Assembly: GCA_963760795.1 (NCBI GenBank)
Contig: CAVXEP010000022.1
Span: forward strand, 32,001 to 96,000
From: an uncultured delta proteobacterium
GTDB taxonomy: Bacteria > Desulfobacterota > Binatia > UBA9968
Length of the DNA: 64,000 bases
Direction: 5' to 3'
A model generated the notes under the pieces. The model searched no databases and was not told the DNA's origin. It saw only the letters and a list, made by a program, of their open reading frames with translations. Every line of letters starts with the position of its first letter. Position 1 is the stretch's first letter. Shown here piece by piece: positions 50,620 through 60,112 of the stretch. The position numbers and the translations under genes are program-made.

Positions 50620-51396
50620 ATGAACGGTTCTTCATGGAGACGTCGGAGATGCACCAGGTTTACGCTCATTGCAATGATCATGATGGCAATGCCGTTCGGT
50701 CGATTGCTATTGGCCCAGGAAGAAAACCCATTAGCTCCGGGCACCTACCGCCTGGAAATGATCATGGCGTCGACAACCCGGGTGCCGGTCTTCGGCACCT
50801 CGAAGTCGGCATCGAAGTCAGTCTCCCTAGTTGAGATCAAACGTGATGGCGCGGGGCTGATCCAAACCCACAAGACCTGCGAATTTCGTGTGCTCGAAGA
50901 CTCCAAGTTCATCAAAATGATCTTTCCCGAGAAGTTTGTCGCGGCACTGGCACGACACACTTATCCGCTGCAATTCGACAAAGACGCGCAAGGCTGGCGC
51001 TATCGCGCCGATCTTGGCATTGAACGGATCGGCTACAAATCGAACGGCAACGAAACAGCCCTGCCCGCCAAGATCGACGACCCGGCGGTTTACGACTGGG
51101 ACGGCGATGGCAAGCCGGCCGCCACACTCAAGATTTCCATCCCGCTATTACCCGACGGAGAGTTTTATGTCGTGCAACGCGGCCATTCGATCCTCAACGG
51201 CCGGATCGCCCAACCGGGAAAAATCGAGGGCGCCATCGAAACCCGCTTGTTCGAACAGCGCGTGCTCGGCGCGTGGCCAGGCTTTTTGAATCAATCGGCA
51301 GAGGTCGAACCTGATCCCAAAGAGAGCCGCTTCGTTCTGAGCCAGATCGCTGCCGGTAGCACCTGTGAAACTTTGCTATCCGCCGGCAAATCTTGA
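50620..51396 (+). CDS. Secreted hypothetical protein with a DxDxDG motif
   Basis: Hydrophobic N-terminus ending 'LLAQEE', 'YDWDGDGKPA', two Cys in the mature part; codon usage is gene-like. Start is uncertain. Confidence 0.65.
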   Translation: MNGSSWRRRRCTRFTLIAMIMMAMPFGRLLLAQEENPLAPGTYRLEMIMASTTRVPVFGTSKSASKSVSLVEIKRDGAGLIQTHKTCEFRVLEDSKFIKMIFPEKFVAALARHTYPLQFDKDAQGWRYRADLGIERIGYKSNGNETALPAKIDDPAVYDWDGDGKPAATLKISIPLLPDGEFYVVQRGHSILNGRIAQPGKIEGAIETRLFEQRVLGAWPGFLNQSAEVEPDPKESRFVLSQIAAGSTCETLLSAGKS

Positions 51397-51430
51397 GACG
51401 ACCGTCGCCAACCGGAAAGAATAGGACTCC

Positions 51431-52534
51431 TTGTTCGGACTATCGAAAACCAAACTGCGCATCGAGGTTTCCACGGCTTCTTCCGAGGAGCGTGTCACAG
51501 TGCTCTTGCCGGTACTGAACGAGGCCGCCCGGATCGACGCTTGTCTCACCGCATTGTGCCGACAACCGGAAGAGGTACAGGAAATTTTGGTCATCGACGG
51601 CGGCTCCATCGACGGCACTCAGGGTATCGTCCAGCGCCATCATAACGTGGATGAACGCGTAAAATTGATCGATGCCAGTCCGGTGGACCCGAGCTGGACG
51701 GGAAAAGCCTGGGGACTGCACCGGGGTTTGCAGAGTTCGTCAGCTGGCAGCGATTGGATACTTTGCGTCGACGCGGATGTCACGGTCCAACCGCAGCTGG
51801 TGCGCTCGCTGCTGCACCACGCTCAAAGAAGCGGCGTCCAGATTTTTTCAGTGGCGACCGGACAACAATTGTCGGGCAATCTCGAAGCACTGATTCATCC
51901 GGCAATGTTGACCACCTTGATCTACCGCTTCGGTTCGCCCGGCAGAGCGACCAGTAATCGCCATCGCGTTCAAGCCAACGGCCAATGTTTTTTTGCCCCT
52001 CGTCAGATCTTGCTGCGCACGGAGGCATTTCGCGCCGCGCAAGCCTCGCTGTGCGAAGACATCACCATCGTGCGCCGCCTCGCCGAATGCGGCGAACAGA
52101 TTGGCTTTTATGAATCCAATGGATTGGTCGACGTGAAGATGTATAACAGCTGGCGCGAGACCTGGAACAATTGGCCCCGTTCTCTGCCCATGCGGGATCA
52201 GTACTTCGGCTGGCGCGAGGCGGTGGCATTGTTCGGCGTGCTGATCGTCCAGGCCTTGCCTTTACCGGCGGTGATCCTTGCCGCGCTATTTCAATTACCG
52301 TTGCTGATCTTAGTAGTTGCCGGATTCTTCTTGATGATCCGATTGGGCGTCCTCTTCGGCGTTGCCCGTGCCTACCCCGATCGGCCCTGGGCCTTTTGGT
52401 TTTCACCGCTCGCCGATTTGCCGGTGGTTTTGCGCATCATTCAATTCGCTCTGCGGCGCCGTCATAGTTGGCGCGGCCGGACCTACCGCCGCGGCAAGGG
52501 CGGAATCTTCGAACCGATTGGCGACATCAAGTAA
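51431..52534 (+). CDS. cruG: GT2 glycosyltransferase, CruG-like carotenoid glycosyltransferase
   Basis: 'LLPVLNE', 'DGGSIDGT', 'WTGKAWGL', 'DAD', 'QANGQCF', 'CEDITI', 'ETWNNWPRSL', C-terminal TM helices, 'WRGR.Y'. Confidence 0.8.
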   Translation: MFGLSKTKLRIEVSTASSEERVTVLLPVLNEAARIDACLTALCRQPEEVQEILVIDGGSIDGTQGIVQRHHNVDERVKLIDASPVDPSWTGKAWGLHRGLQSSSAGSDWILCVDADVTVQPQLVRSLLHHAQRSGVQIFSVATGQQLSGNLEALIHPAMLTTLIYRFGSPGRATSNRHRVQANGQCFFAPRQILLRTEAFRAAQASLCEDITIVRRLAECGEQIGFYESNGLVDVKMYNSWRETWNNWPRSLPMRDQYFGWREAVALFGVLIVQALPLPAVILAALFQLPLLILVVAGFFLMIRLGVLFGVARAYPDRPWAFWFSPLADLPVVLRIIQFALRRRHSWRGRTYRRGKGGIFEPIGDIK

Positions 52535-52550
52535 GCAAGCCAGACATCCT

Positions 52551-53263
52551 GTGAACCGAATCGCCGACTTTGCCGTCGATCGAGCGATGCGCATGTCATC
52601 GCTCGCATCCTCACCGGCAATCGCTTGAAAACGGTTGCTCAAGGACTGGAACACTTGCCGCCGCAGGGTCCGGCGATCATCGCCGCGCGCCATTACCACC
52701 ACCTGTTTGACGGCCTGGCTTTTTTTGCCGCCGTCGAGAGGCGCTTTCATATCGTCGTGACGCTCGATTGGGCGCAAAACCGACGTACCAAATTCTTCAT
52801 GAGCAGCCTCAACACCCTCGCCCGTTGGCCGATGGTGTTACGCGAACAGGCGATCGAAAATTCCCCCCGAGAGAGCCGCCTTTACACTGCCAACGATACG
52901 CGCCGCTACCAGCTGGCCGCACTACGCCAGTCCGTCAAGCTACTCAAGGAAAATCGTCTGTTAATTATTTTCCCCGAAGGATTTCCATACGTCGATCCGG
53001 TGTTTACTCCCAAGACTCGCGCCGACGAATTCCTGCCTTTCAAACCAGGATTCGCGGCCATCGCCGAAAGCGCCGAGCGAATGATGCATCGAGCGATCCC
53101 GATCATCCCGACGGGAATTCGATACCAAATCGGATCGACCTGGCTGGCCCATCTCAGCTTCGGCCCACCCGTCTATCGGCGCGACTTCCCCTCGCGGCAG
53201 TGTTTTATCGACTCGGTTTCAGATACCGTAAAACGGCTTTCCGGCTTGCAAGCAGGGAGCTGA
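52551..53263 (+). CDS. PlsC/LPLAT-family acyltransferase (probable frameshift near 52590; intact ORF from 52625)
   Basis: 'GLEHLP..GPAIIAARHYHHLFDG', 'IFPEG', 'FKPGFA', 'IPIIPTG'. A GTG at 52551 opens a frame that shifts into the ORF. Confidence 0.8.
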
Positions 53264-53280
53264 GGAGCAAACCAGCCTCG

Positions 53281-53538
53281 CTAATCGGCGTCTTCTTCGG
53301 GCAGATCATCAAGCGCCTTGAGCTGTATTTTACCTTCTTTGTCCTTGATCAATAACTCAACCTTTTTTTCAACCTCATTGAGCTTGTGATTGCAAAATTT
53401 CACCAAGCCGACGCCCTTTTCGAACGCCGCCAAAGAATCGTCGAGGGCGAGATCGCCAGATTCGAGTTGTTCGACGACCTGCTCCAGTTCGTCCAATGCG
53501 CCTTCAAAGTTCTTATGGATCGATTCTTTTTTCGCCAT
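53281..53538 (-). CDS. xseB: Exodeoxyribonuclease VII small subunit
   Basis: 'FEGALDELEQVVEQLESGDL.LDDSL..FEKGV.L...C...L...EKKV'. Confidence 0.95.
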   Translation of the reverse strand: MAKKESIHKNFEGALDELEQVVEQLESGDLALDDSLAAFEKGVGLVKFCNHKLNEVEKKVELLIKDKEGKIQLKALDDLPEEDAD

Positions 53539-53539
53539 G

Positions 53540-54460
53540 TCATTTCTCCGCATTCTCTGCCGCTTTGTTCGTCTCCATAGCAGCCGTATGACTGGAAAAC
53601 TTGCGCAATAAATCCAACGGATCGACTCGGGTGTTGTTCAAGCGCACGCCCCAATGCAGATGCGGTCCGGTGACCCGCCCGGTGCCGCCCGAGAGCGCCA
53701 GCACATCGCCGCGACGCACCATCGCTCCCTCCTCGACCTTGAATTCCGACAGGTGAAAATACATCGAAAATAAGCTGCCGCCATGGTCGATGACCACACT
53801 GCCGCCGGCGAAGAAAAAATTCCCCACCAGAACCACCCGGCCATGATTGGTGGCGACGACTTCCGTGCTCGCCGGCGCCGAGAGGTCCGTGCCGGTATGC
53901 GGTGCCCGCGGCACGCCGTTGATAATGCGCCGCGAACCGAAAGAGGATGCCGAAGCTTCCTGGGGCACCGGCCGCATGAACGGCAGATTCCACAACCGAT
54001 CCACCGCCGTATTGGCGAAGGCATTGGCGAAGGCAGTCTGTTCGCGACGAATCTCGGCGAGCGTCTCCGGGCTCATCTGATCGAAGCTCGGCGGCACGTT
54101 GAAGGATTCTTTGTGAAACGCCTTGGCTTTGATCTTGAGCGGAATCTCGCTTTGACGCCGATCGCCGCCGGCGGTGGTCGCCTTCAACAACAACTTAACC
54201 GTCGCCGGCTTCGCTTCGACGTCGACGCCGACTAAAGCTGAATGAACTCCCTTTTCTCTAGAATGAAAGTAAATCCTCTCCTTGCCCAGCAGCCCGTCCA
54301 CTTCAAGCAACTCTTCACCGCCGACCGTGACTTCAACGAGGTCACCCTGAGATGCCTCCAACGGCTTGGGCCAGTGAATCGTCGCCGCGTTGGCAGCGAA
54401 CGACGACAGGACTGTGAAAATCACGAGCCAGAGAAAGGAGTAGACCGGCCGAGCTGTCAT
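53540..54460 (-). CDS. M23 family metallopeptidase
   Basis: 'HTGTD', 'IDHG', 'YFHLS', 'GRVTGPHLHW'. Has a signal peptide. Confidence 0.9.
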   Translation of the reverse strand: MTARPVYSFLWLVIFTVLSSFAANAATIHWPKPLEASQGDLVEVTVGGEELLEVDGLLGKERIYFHSREKGVHSALVGVDVEAKPATVKLLLKATTAGGDRRQSEIPLKIKAKAFHKESFNVPPSFDQMSPETLAEIRREQTAFANAFANTAVDRLWNLPFMRPVPQEASASSFGSRRIINGVPRAPHTGTDLSAPASTEVVATNHGRVVLVGNFFFAGGSVVIDHGGSLFSMYFHLSEFKVEEGAMVRRGDVLALSGGTGRVTGPHLHWGVRLNNTRVDPLDLLRKFSSHTAAMETNKAAENAEK

Positions 54461-54461
54461 T

Positions 54462-55703
54462 TCATTCCTTCTCCTCCACTCGGCACAGCGCTTTGCCCTG
54501 GGCAAAGCTGACACGCAACCGATCACCCGCTTGCAGTTCCGCCGAACTCTTGACGATACGCTCCTCGGGCAACTTGTGCGCGATGCTATAGCCGCGCTCG
54601 AGCACGGCCAAAGGACTGAGTGCGCCCAAACGGCCGGCGCGCTCGGCTAAACGGTCTTTGAGCTGGCGCAGCCGTTCTTTCAGCCGGCGAGTTAGATCGA
54701 TCGACAATTCGTCGACACGCTGCTGGTTCTCGCGCAGCCTGCGGCTCGGATCGGACAAACGCTTGACCAAGCCCTCGAAGGTTTCACGCAACTGCTCGAG
54801 TTTGAAATCGATCCCACTCGCCAAGCGCACCTCTAAAGTCTCGACTTGCTCCAACAGATCGCGCTTGCGCGGCAATACCATTTCGGCCGCCGCCGTGGGC
54901 GTCGGCGCGCGCGCGTCGGCAACGAAGTCGGCGATGGTAAAATCGATCTCGTGGCCCACCGCCGAAACCACCGGAACCTCCGACGCGAAGATCGCCCGGG
55001 CGACCACTTCTTCGTTAAACGCCCATAAATCTTCCAATGAGCCGCCGCCCCGTCCGGCGATAATTACATCGACGGCAGCGAAACGGTTGAGATCGGCGAT
55101 GGCGCCGGCGATCTCCCGCGCCGCGCCGTCACCCTGAACTTTCACCGGACAAATGACGATGCGCCGGTCCGGATAGCGATCGCCGATGATGCGCAACATA
55201 TCGTGCAACGCGGCGCCTTTGCCGGAAGTAACGATGCCGATGGAATGAGGCAGGAACGGCAGCTCGCGCTTGCGTTCGCTGGCGAATAAACCTTCGGCGG
55301 CAAGCTTCTTTTTCAGTTGCTCGAAGGCCAGCGCCAGCGCGCCCTGCCCTTGCGGCTCCATGTCGTCGACATAGAGCTGCAAATCGCCGCGCACGGTGTA
55401 AACGCTCACCCGGCCGAAACAAAGCACCGCCATGCCATTGTCCGGCGTGAAGCGCAGCAGCGCCCCCTGGCGGCGAAACATCACCGCCGAGATTTGGCTC
55501 TTGTCGTCTTTGAGGGTGAAATAACAGTGGCCCGACGGCGGCATGCGAAAATTGGAAATTTCGCCCTGAACCCAAAGCGGTTCCAGCCGCGACTCTAACG
55601 TGCCTTTGATCCGCTCGTTGAGTTCGCTAATCGTTAGAAACTTGCGGGCGTCGCCGGCGAACAGCGGCAAGTCAATTGCCTTTTTCGCAATGATACGCGC
55701 CAT
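54462..55703 (-). CDS. xseA: Exodeoxyribonuclease VII large subunit
   Basis: 'GEISNF..P.SGH.YFTLKD', 'GRGGGSLEDLWAFNEE', 'SAVGHEIDFTIADFVAD.RAPTPTAAAE', 'LERGYS'. Confidence 0.96.
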   Translation of the reverse strand: MARIIAKKAIDLPLFAGDARKFLTISELNERIKGTLESRLEPLWVQGEISNFRMPPSGHCYFTLKDDKSQISAVMFRRQGALLRFTPDNGMAVLCFGRVSVYTVRGDLQLYVDDMEPQGQGALALAFEQLKKKLAAEGLFASERKRELPFLPHSIGIVTSGKGAALHDMLRIIGDRYPDRRIVICPVKVQGDGAAREIAGAIADLNRFAAVDVIIAGRGGGSLEDLWAFNEEVVARAIFASEVPVVSAVGHEIDFTIADFVADARAPTPTAAAEMVLPRKRDLLEQVETLEVRLASGIDFKLEQLRETFEGLVKRLSDPSRRLRENQQRVDELSIDLTRRLKERLRQLKDRLAERAGRLGALSPLAVLERGYSIAHKLPEERIVKSSAELQAGDRLRVSFAQGKALCRVEEKE

Positions 55704-55722
55704 ATTGCTGCGACTTTAGCAC

Positions 55723-55757
55723 AAAAAAAACGGCCCTCCGAGAGGAGGGCCGTTTTT
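55723..55757 (-). terminator. Rho-independent terminator after ctpA (potentially bidirectional)
   Basis: AAAAAAAACGGCCCTCC-GAGA-GGAGGGCCGTTTTT: a perfect stem with an 8-U tail on the minus strand. Confidence 0.85.
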
Positions 55758-55782
55758 ATCGATTTGATATTAGTAGAAAACT

Positions 55783-57144
55783 TTACGCCGCTTTCTTCTG
55801 CACCACCTGTTTGAAGACATCCCAGCTCTTCAACAGATCGAGAGCGCGCTTGAGCTGCTGATCGTTATCGATGGTCTCGTCGCCGGTGGGACCGGAAGTG
55901 GGAATCTGCTTTTCCCGTTCGCGATCGATCTGCTCTTGTTCTTGAGCTGAATTTTGCTGCGGATTATTCAAGTGGCCCGGCAGGTTTTCCTCGCGCAGGC
56001 TCGGCCGCTTTCTATCGTCGGGTTTGCCGTCCTGCAATACGACGTTTTCGATGACGATATCCGGCACGATGCCGGTGGCCTGAATCGACCGTCCTTTGGG
56101 AGTGAAATAACGCGCCGTGGTCAGCCGCAGCGCCGAATTATCATCCAACGGCAGGATCGTCTGCACCGATCCCTTGCCAAAAGACTTGGTGCCGAGAACC
56201 ACCGCGCGCTTGTGATCTTGCAGCGCGCCGGCGACGATCTCCGAGGCGCTGGCGCTGCCGCCGTTGACCAGGACGACCAGCGGGAAATCCATCCAGGTGC
56301 CGTCTTTCTGGGCGAAGAATTTTTGCTTTTGCGATTCGATGCGGCCGTCGGTGTAAACGATCATGCCGGAGTCGAGAAACAGATCCGAGACCCGCACCGC
56401 CTGGTTCAACAAGCCGCCGGGATTGTTGCGCAGATCGAGGACTAGCCCTTTAATACCGCTCTTCTCCGCCGCCAACTTCTCCAAGGCGCGCTGGACATCG
56501 CGGTCGCTGCGTTCTTGGAACTGCGCCAGGCGCACATAACCGTAACCGGGCTCCAACGAGCGGCTCTTGACACTCTGCACGCGAATAATGTCACGCACCA
56601 AGGAGACGTCGATGAGATCGGCGGCGCCTTCGCGCCGGATCGTCAAATTGATCTTGGTGCCCTTCAACCCGCGCATTTTTTTCACCGCGTCCACCAGCGA
56701 CATGTCTTTGGTGAACTCGTCTTCGATCTTGAAGATCTGATCGCCCGGCTTGATACCGGCTTTGAACGCCGGGGTATCTTCGATGGGGGACACGACGGTT
56801 AGCATGCCGCCTTTGACTGAGATCTCGATGCCCAAGCCGCCGAATCGTCCCTGGGTATCGCTTTGCAGGTCCTTGTACAGATCGGGCGTCAAGTAGGCGC
56901 TATGCGGATCGAGGGAGTTCAACATGCCGTTGATGGCGCCGTTGACCAAGTTTTTGGTCTCGACATCCTCAACGTAGTTTTTCTTAACGATGGACAGAAT
57001 GTTGCTGAAGGCTTCCAGGCTCTCATAGTCCTGCCGCCCAACCGCCGATACGTTCGGCACCCATTGGGCGGAGACGAATAAGCCGATGCCGATGCCGAGG
57101 ACGATCAGTAGCAATGGCGTTCCATGTCGTTTCACAAGTCGCAT
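55783..57144 (-). CDS. ctpA: S41 family carboxy-terminal processing protease
   Basis: 'LDPHS', PDZ 'GGLGIEI', 'LDLRNNPGGLL', 'SASASEIVAGALQD', 'FGKGSVQ'. Confidence 0.93.
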   Translation of the reverse strand: MRLVKRHGTPLLLIVLGIGIGLFVSAQWVPNVSAVGRQDYESLEAFSNILSIVKKNYVEDVETKNLVNGAINGMLNSLDPHSAYLTPDLYKDLQSDTQGRFGGLGIEISVKGGMLTVVSPIEDTPAFKAGIKPGDQIFKIEDEFTKDMSLVDAVKKMRGLKGTKINLTIRREGAADLIDVSLVRDIIRVQSVKSRSLEPGYGYVRLAQFQERSDRDVQRALEKLAAEKSGIKGLVLDLRNNPGGLLNQAVRVSDLFLDSGMIVYTDGRIESQKQKFFAQKDGTWMDFPLVVLVNGGSASASEIVAGALQDHKRAVVLGTKSFGKGSVQTILPLDDNSALRLTTARYFTPKGRSIQATGIVPDIVIENVVLQDGKPDDRKRPSLREENLPGHLNNPQQNSAQEQEQIDREREKQIPTSGPTGDETIDNDQQLKRALDLLKSWDVFKQVVQKKAA

Positions 57145-57209
57145 GAAATTTCTCCCTAAATAGTCGCTGACAACTAGCTTATAATTCTAGCTCAATGGTT
57201 GTGCAATAG

Positions 57210-58376
57210 CTATCGTTTCTTGAGCCATGGAATGGGATCGATGGAGCGGCCGTCCTTGCGCAGTTCAAAATAAAGCTTGGCGCCACTTAGCGAGTCGCTA
57301 TCGCCGACCCGTCCCAGGATATCGCCGCGGCCCAGCTCTTCGCCGTTTTTCCTAATGATTTCAGAAAGATGACCATAAACTGTATAGTAACGCTCGCCAT
57401 GATCGACGATCACCATGCGACCATAGCCGGTAAAGCGGTCAGCGAATACTACACGGCCTTTTTCCACCGCACGCACGCCATCGCCGAGTGGCGCGTCGAT
57501 GTCGATGCCCTTGCGGACCATCTCGGCGGCGAATTCCGGATGTTGGAATTTGCCAAAGGGCGCGCTTACCGGGCCCTTGACCGGCCAGTCCAACTGCCCA
57601 AGCAAGCTATCGAGGCCGCGCCCCGTGGAAGACGGCGCAGGTAATTCTCTCGGCCTGACAATCGCCCGGCGGGCGATTTCGTCGAGCATTTTCTGCAGCC
57701 GCTGTGCCGCCGCTGCCATATCGCGCAAGGCTTTGAGCCGGCTATCTTTTTCCTGGCGCAAACCAATTAAAAGAATTTTCTTTTTATCCATCTCCTGCGC
57801 CACCGCGGCGCGGGCCAGGACCAACAGCTTTTTTTGCGCCGCCAAGCGATCCTTCTGCTCGCTCAGTTGGCGCCGCAAACTTTCCTGGCGCTGGCTTTCG
57901 CCGTGCAATTCGCCGATCAATTCCCGGTCGAAAGCTAACGTCGCCGCGAAGTAACGCTGGCGTTTAAGGGTTGCGCTCAGAGCGCTGGCGCCGTCGACAA
58001 ACCACAAAGAACCGCCGCTGCGTTGCCAGCGGTAGAGCGCAGCCGCGCGCTGCCGAAACAATGCCTCGCGTTGGCTAATCGAGCCGTGCACCTTACGCGC
58101 CTCGGCCTCGGTCTCTTGGATCGCGCCGAGTATCGCGCTGTATTGGCCATCGGCAACCTTGAGGTCCTTGGTTTTCTTGTCGAGATCGTGCTCAATTTTG
58201 CCGAGAGCGGTGAGCACGCCGCCTTCTTTGATTTGCAGCTGCGATAGGCCTTTTTTTTCGCTCTCGATCCTTCGCTTTATGCCGTCGAGATCTTTGCTGG
58301 CAACCGCGCCCGGCACCTCTCTGAAGCCGGCCAGCAGCAACAAGAACGCGCCGATTAACGCGCGGACGCGTGCCAC
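57210..58376 (-). CDS. envC: Murein hydrolase activator EnvC (coiled coil + degenerate M23)
   Basis: Long coiled coil, 'WPVKG', 'KGIDI', 'IVDHG', 'LYFELR'. Follows ftsEX. Confidence 0.85.
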   Translation of the reverse strand: MARVRALIGAFLLLLAGFREVPGAVASKDLDGIKRRIESEKKGLSQLQIKEGGVLTALGKIEHDLDKKTKDLKVADGQYSAILGAIQETEAEARKVHGSISQREALFRQRAAALYRWQRSGGSLWFVDGASALSATLKRQRYFAATLAFDRELIGELHGESQRQESLRRQLSEQKDRLAAQKKLLVLARAAVAQEMDKKKILLIGLRQEKDSRLKALRDMAAAAQRLQKMLDEIARRAIVRPRELPAPSSTGRGLDSLLGQLDWPVKGPVSAPFGKFQHPEFAAEMVRKGIDIDAPLGDGVRAVEKGRVVFADRFTGYGRMVIVDHGERYYTVYGHLSEIIRKNGEELGRGDILGRVGDSDSLSGAKLYFELRKDGRSIDPIPWLKKR

Positions 58377-59267
58377 GAGCGCACCATCCCCCGCGCGGCG
58401 AATAAACTTGCCGAAGCGCCGAGCACAACGCCGATGGCCAGCACCAAAGCGATACTGGGCCCATCGAGAAACTCGATTCGGCCGAGCGCAGGAACAAGGT
58501 CAGACAGTCCGGCGGCATCGTCACGCAGCATCGCGATAAACTCCCCAAAGTACCGCTAGGCCGCCGCCCGCACCGAGCAGTCCTTGAACCAACCCTTCGA
58601 TCGCTAACGGCGCTTGGATCAGCGCTTCGCGCGCGCCGACCAGCTGCATCACTTCGATCTCTTCCCGCCGCGCCATAATCGCCAGCTTCGCCACGTTGCT
58701 GACGAGGAAAAAGGTCGCGGCAAAGAGCACTCCGGCGACCAGCCATTTGGCCCACTGCAACGCCAACACAACTAAGCTTAGTCGTTCCACCCATTGCTGC
58801 GGATAATCGATTCGGGTCAATTCCTTTTGCTGCCTTAGACGCCCAACCAACTGTTCCATTGCGGCGCTATCGCGGAAACTCGGCCGCACGGAAATTTCCA
58901 CTGAGGCAGGTAAGACATCGCGCGGCAGTCCTTCGAGCAATCCCGATTGTGCCCCTAAGCTGGCCTGAAAATCACGCCAGGCCTGTTCCTGGCTGGTATG
59001 GCGCACCTGGGCGATTTCGGGAAAGCCGTGCAGACGCGCCAGCAAAGCTTCCAACTCGACGGCGCCGATGCCCTGGGCGAGGTATGCGGTCAGTTGCAGC
59101 TGATCACCCCACCCGCGCAAAAGTTTTTCCAGATTGAGTTGGAGCATCAGGAACCCGCCAAACACACCGAGTGTCAGCGCAATCGTCAAACTGGTCAGAA
59201 CAACGGCCCAAAGAAATTGCCGCAGCCCATGGCCGGCGCGCCGAGCGACAAAACCGAGTGTGGCCAT
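58355..59267 (-). CDS. ftsX: Cell division permease FtsX (frameshift near 58530)
   Basis: 'LPASVEI', 'ARREEIEVMQLVGA...IQAP..IEG'. Shifting frame restores the last TM helix and a stop at 58355. TGATG overlap with ftsE. Confidence 0.88.
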
Positions 59268-59956
59268 CAGAGGCGCCACTCCGCTGCGCCGCTGCCGGCC
59301 GTATCGGCGACTATTCTACCCTGCTCGAGGTGAATCACCCGGCTGGCTATTACTCTAAAAAGATTTTCATCGTGGCTGGCAATCACGATGGTGCTGTCCT
59401 GCTTTCGGATATCTTCGAAAAGCCGCAACGTCTCGGCTGCGGCCGCGCCGTCAAGATTACCAGTGGGCTCGTCGGCCAAAATCAGTGCTGGCCGATTGAC
59501 CAGCGCGCGCGCCACCGCGACCCGTTGCTGCTCCCCACCCGATAGTCCACTAGGTTTAGCATGACGGCGAGAGGCCAAGCCAAGCTCGCCCAACAACTGT
59601 TCGGCCCTCGCCTGGGCGGCTTTTTTCGTGGTGCCAGCAATTTCCGCGGCGAGGGCGATATTTTCCAACGCGGTCAAATTCGCCAATAGCCTGAACTCTT
59701 GGAAGACCAGTCCGACTCGGCGCCGCAGTCGCGCCACGTCCGGGCCATCGAAGAATTTGAGATTCCGACCTTCGACAAGAATCTCACCTGAACTCGGTTC
59801 CTCCTCGCGATATACGAGCTTCAACAAGGTCGACTTGCCGGCGCCGTTGGCGCCGCTTAGAAGCACCAACTCGCCTTTATGAATCTCTAGATTGATGTCG
59901 TCGAGGGCGCGTAGGCCCGGCGCATAGCGCTTCGCAACATGCTGGAATTGGATCAT
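59267..59956 (-). CDS. ftsE: Cell division ATP-binding protein FtsE
   Basis: Walker A 'GANGAGKST', 'RRRVGLVFQEFRLL', 'LSGGEQQRVA', 'LADEPTGNLD'. Confidence 0.92.
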   Translation of the reverse strand: MIQFQHVAKRYAPGLRALDDINLEIHKGELVLLSGANGAGKSTLLKLVYREEEPSSGEILVEGRNLKFFDGPDVARLRRRVGLVFQEFRLLANLTALENIALAAEIAGTTKKAAQARAEQLLGELGLASRRHAKPSGLSGGEQQRVAVARALVNRPALILADEPTGNLDGAAAAETLRLFEDIRKQDSTIVIASHDENLFRVIASRVIHLEQGRIVADTAGSGAAEWRL

Positions 59957-60112
59957 TCCGATGAAAATTCGGCTGGGAAAGTCGCGATTGACAAGAGTTT
60001 TCGGCTTGACACCGCCAACCCCGGTTGTTAAGTTCTTTAAAACTTCAAGCTCCTCAATCATCTATAAAAGATGCTCCAAGCAGTTACAAGCATTCGGGAG
60101 GTTACGGAACCG

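Noticed and set aside
39692-53263. Calling the light island an active mobile element
   Set aside because: No integrase, transposase or flanking direct repeats were seen; only the interrupted synteny suggests insertion.
59961-60112. N-terminal extension of the radical SAM ORF
   Set aside because: It covers the divergent promoter region; the RBS and ATG at 60113 plus a one-base A-run correction give a more plausible start (MLQHKRKFHIVLIKP).
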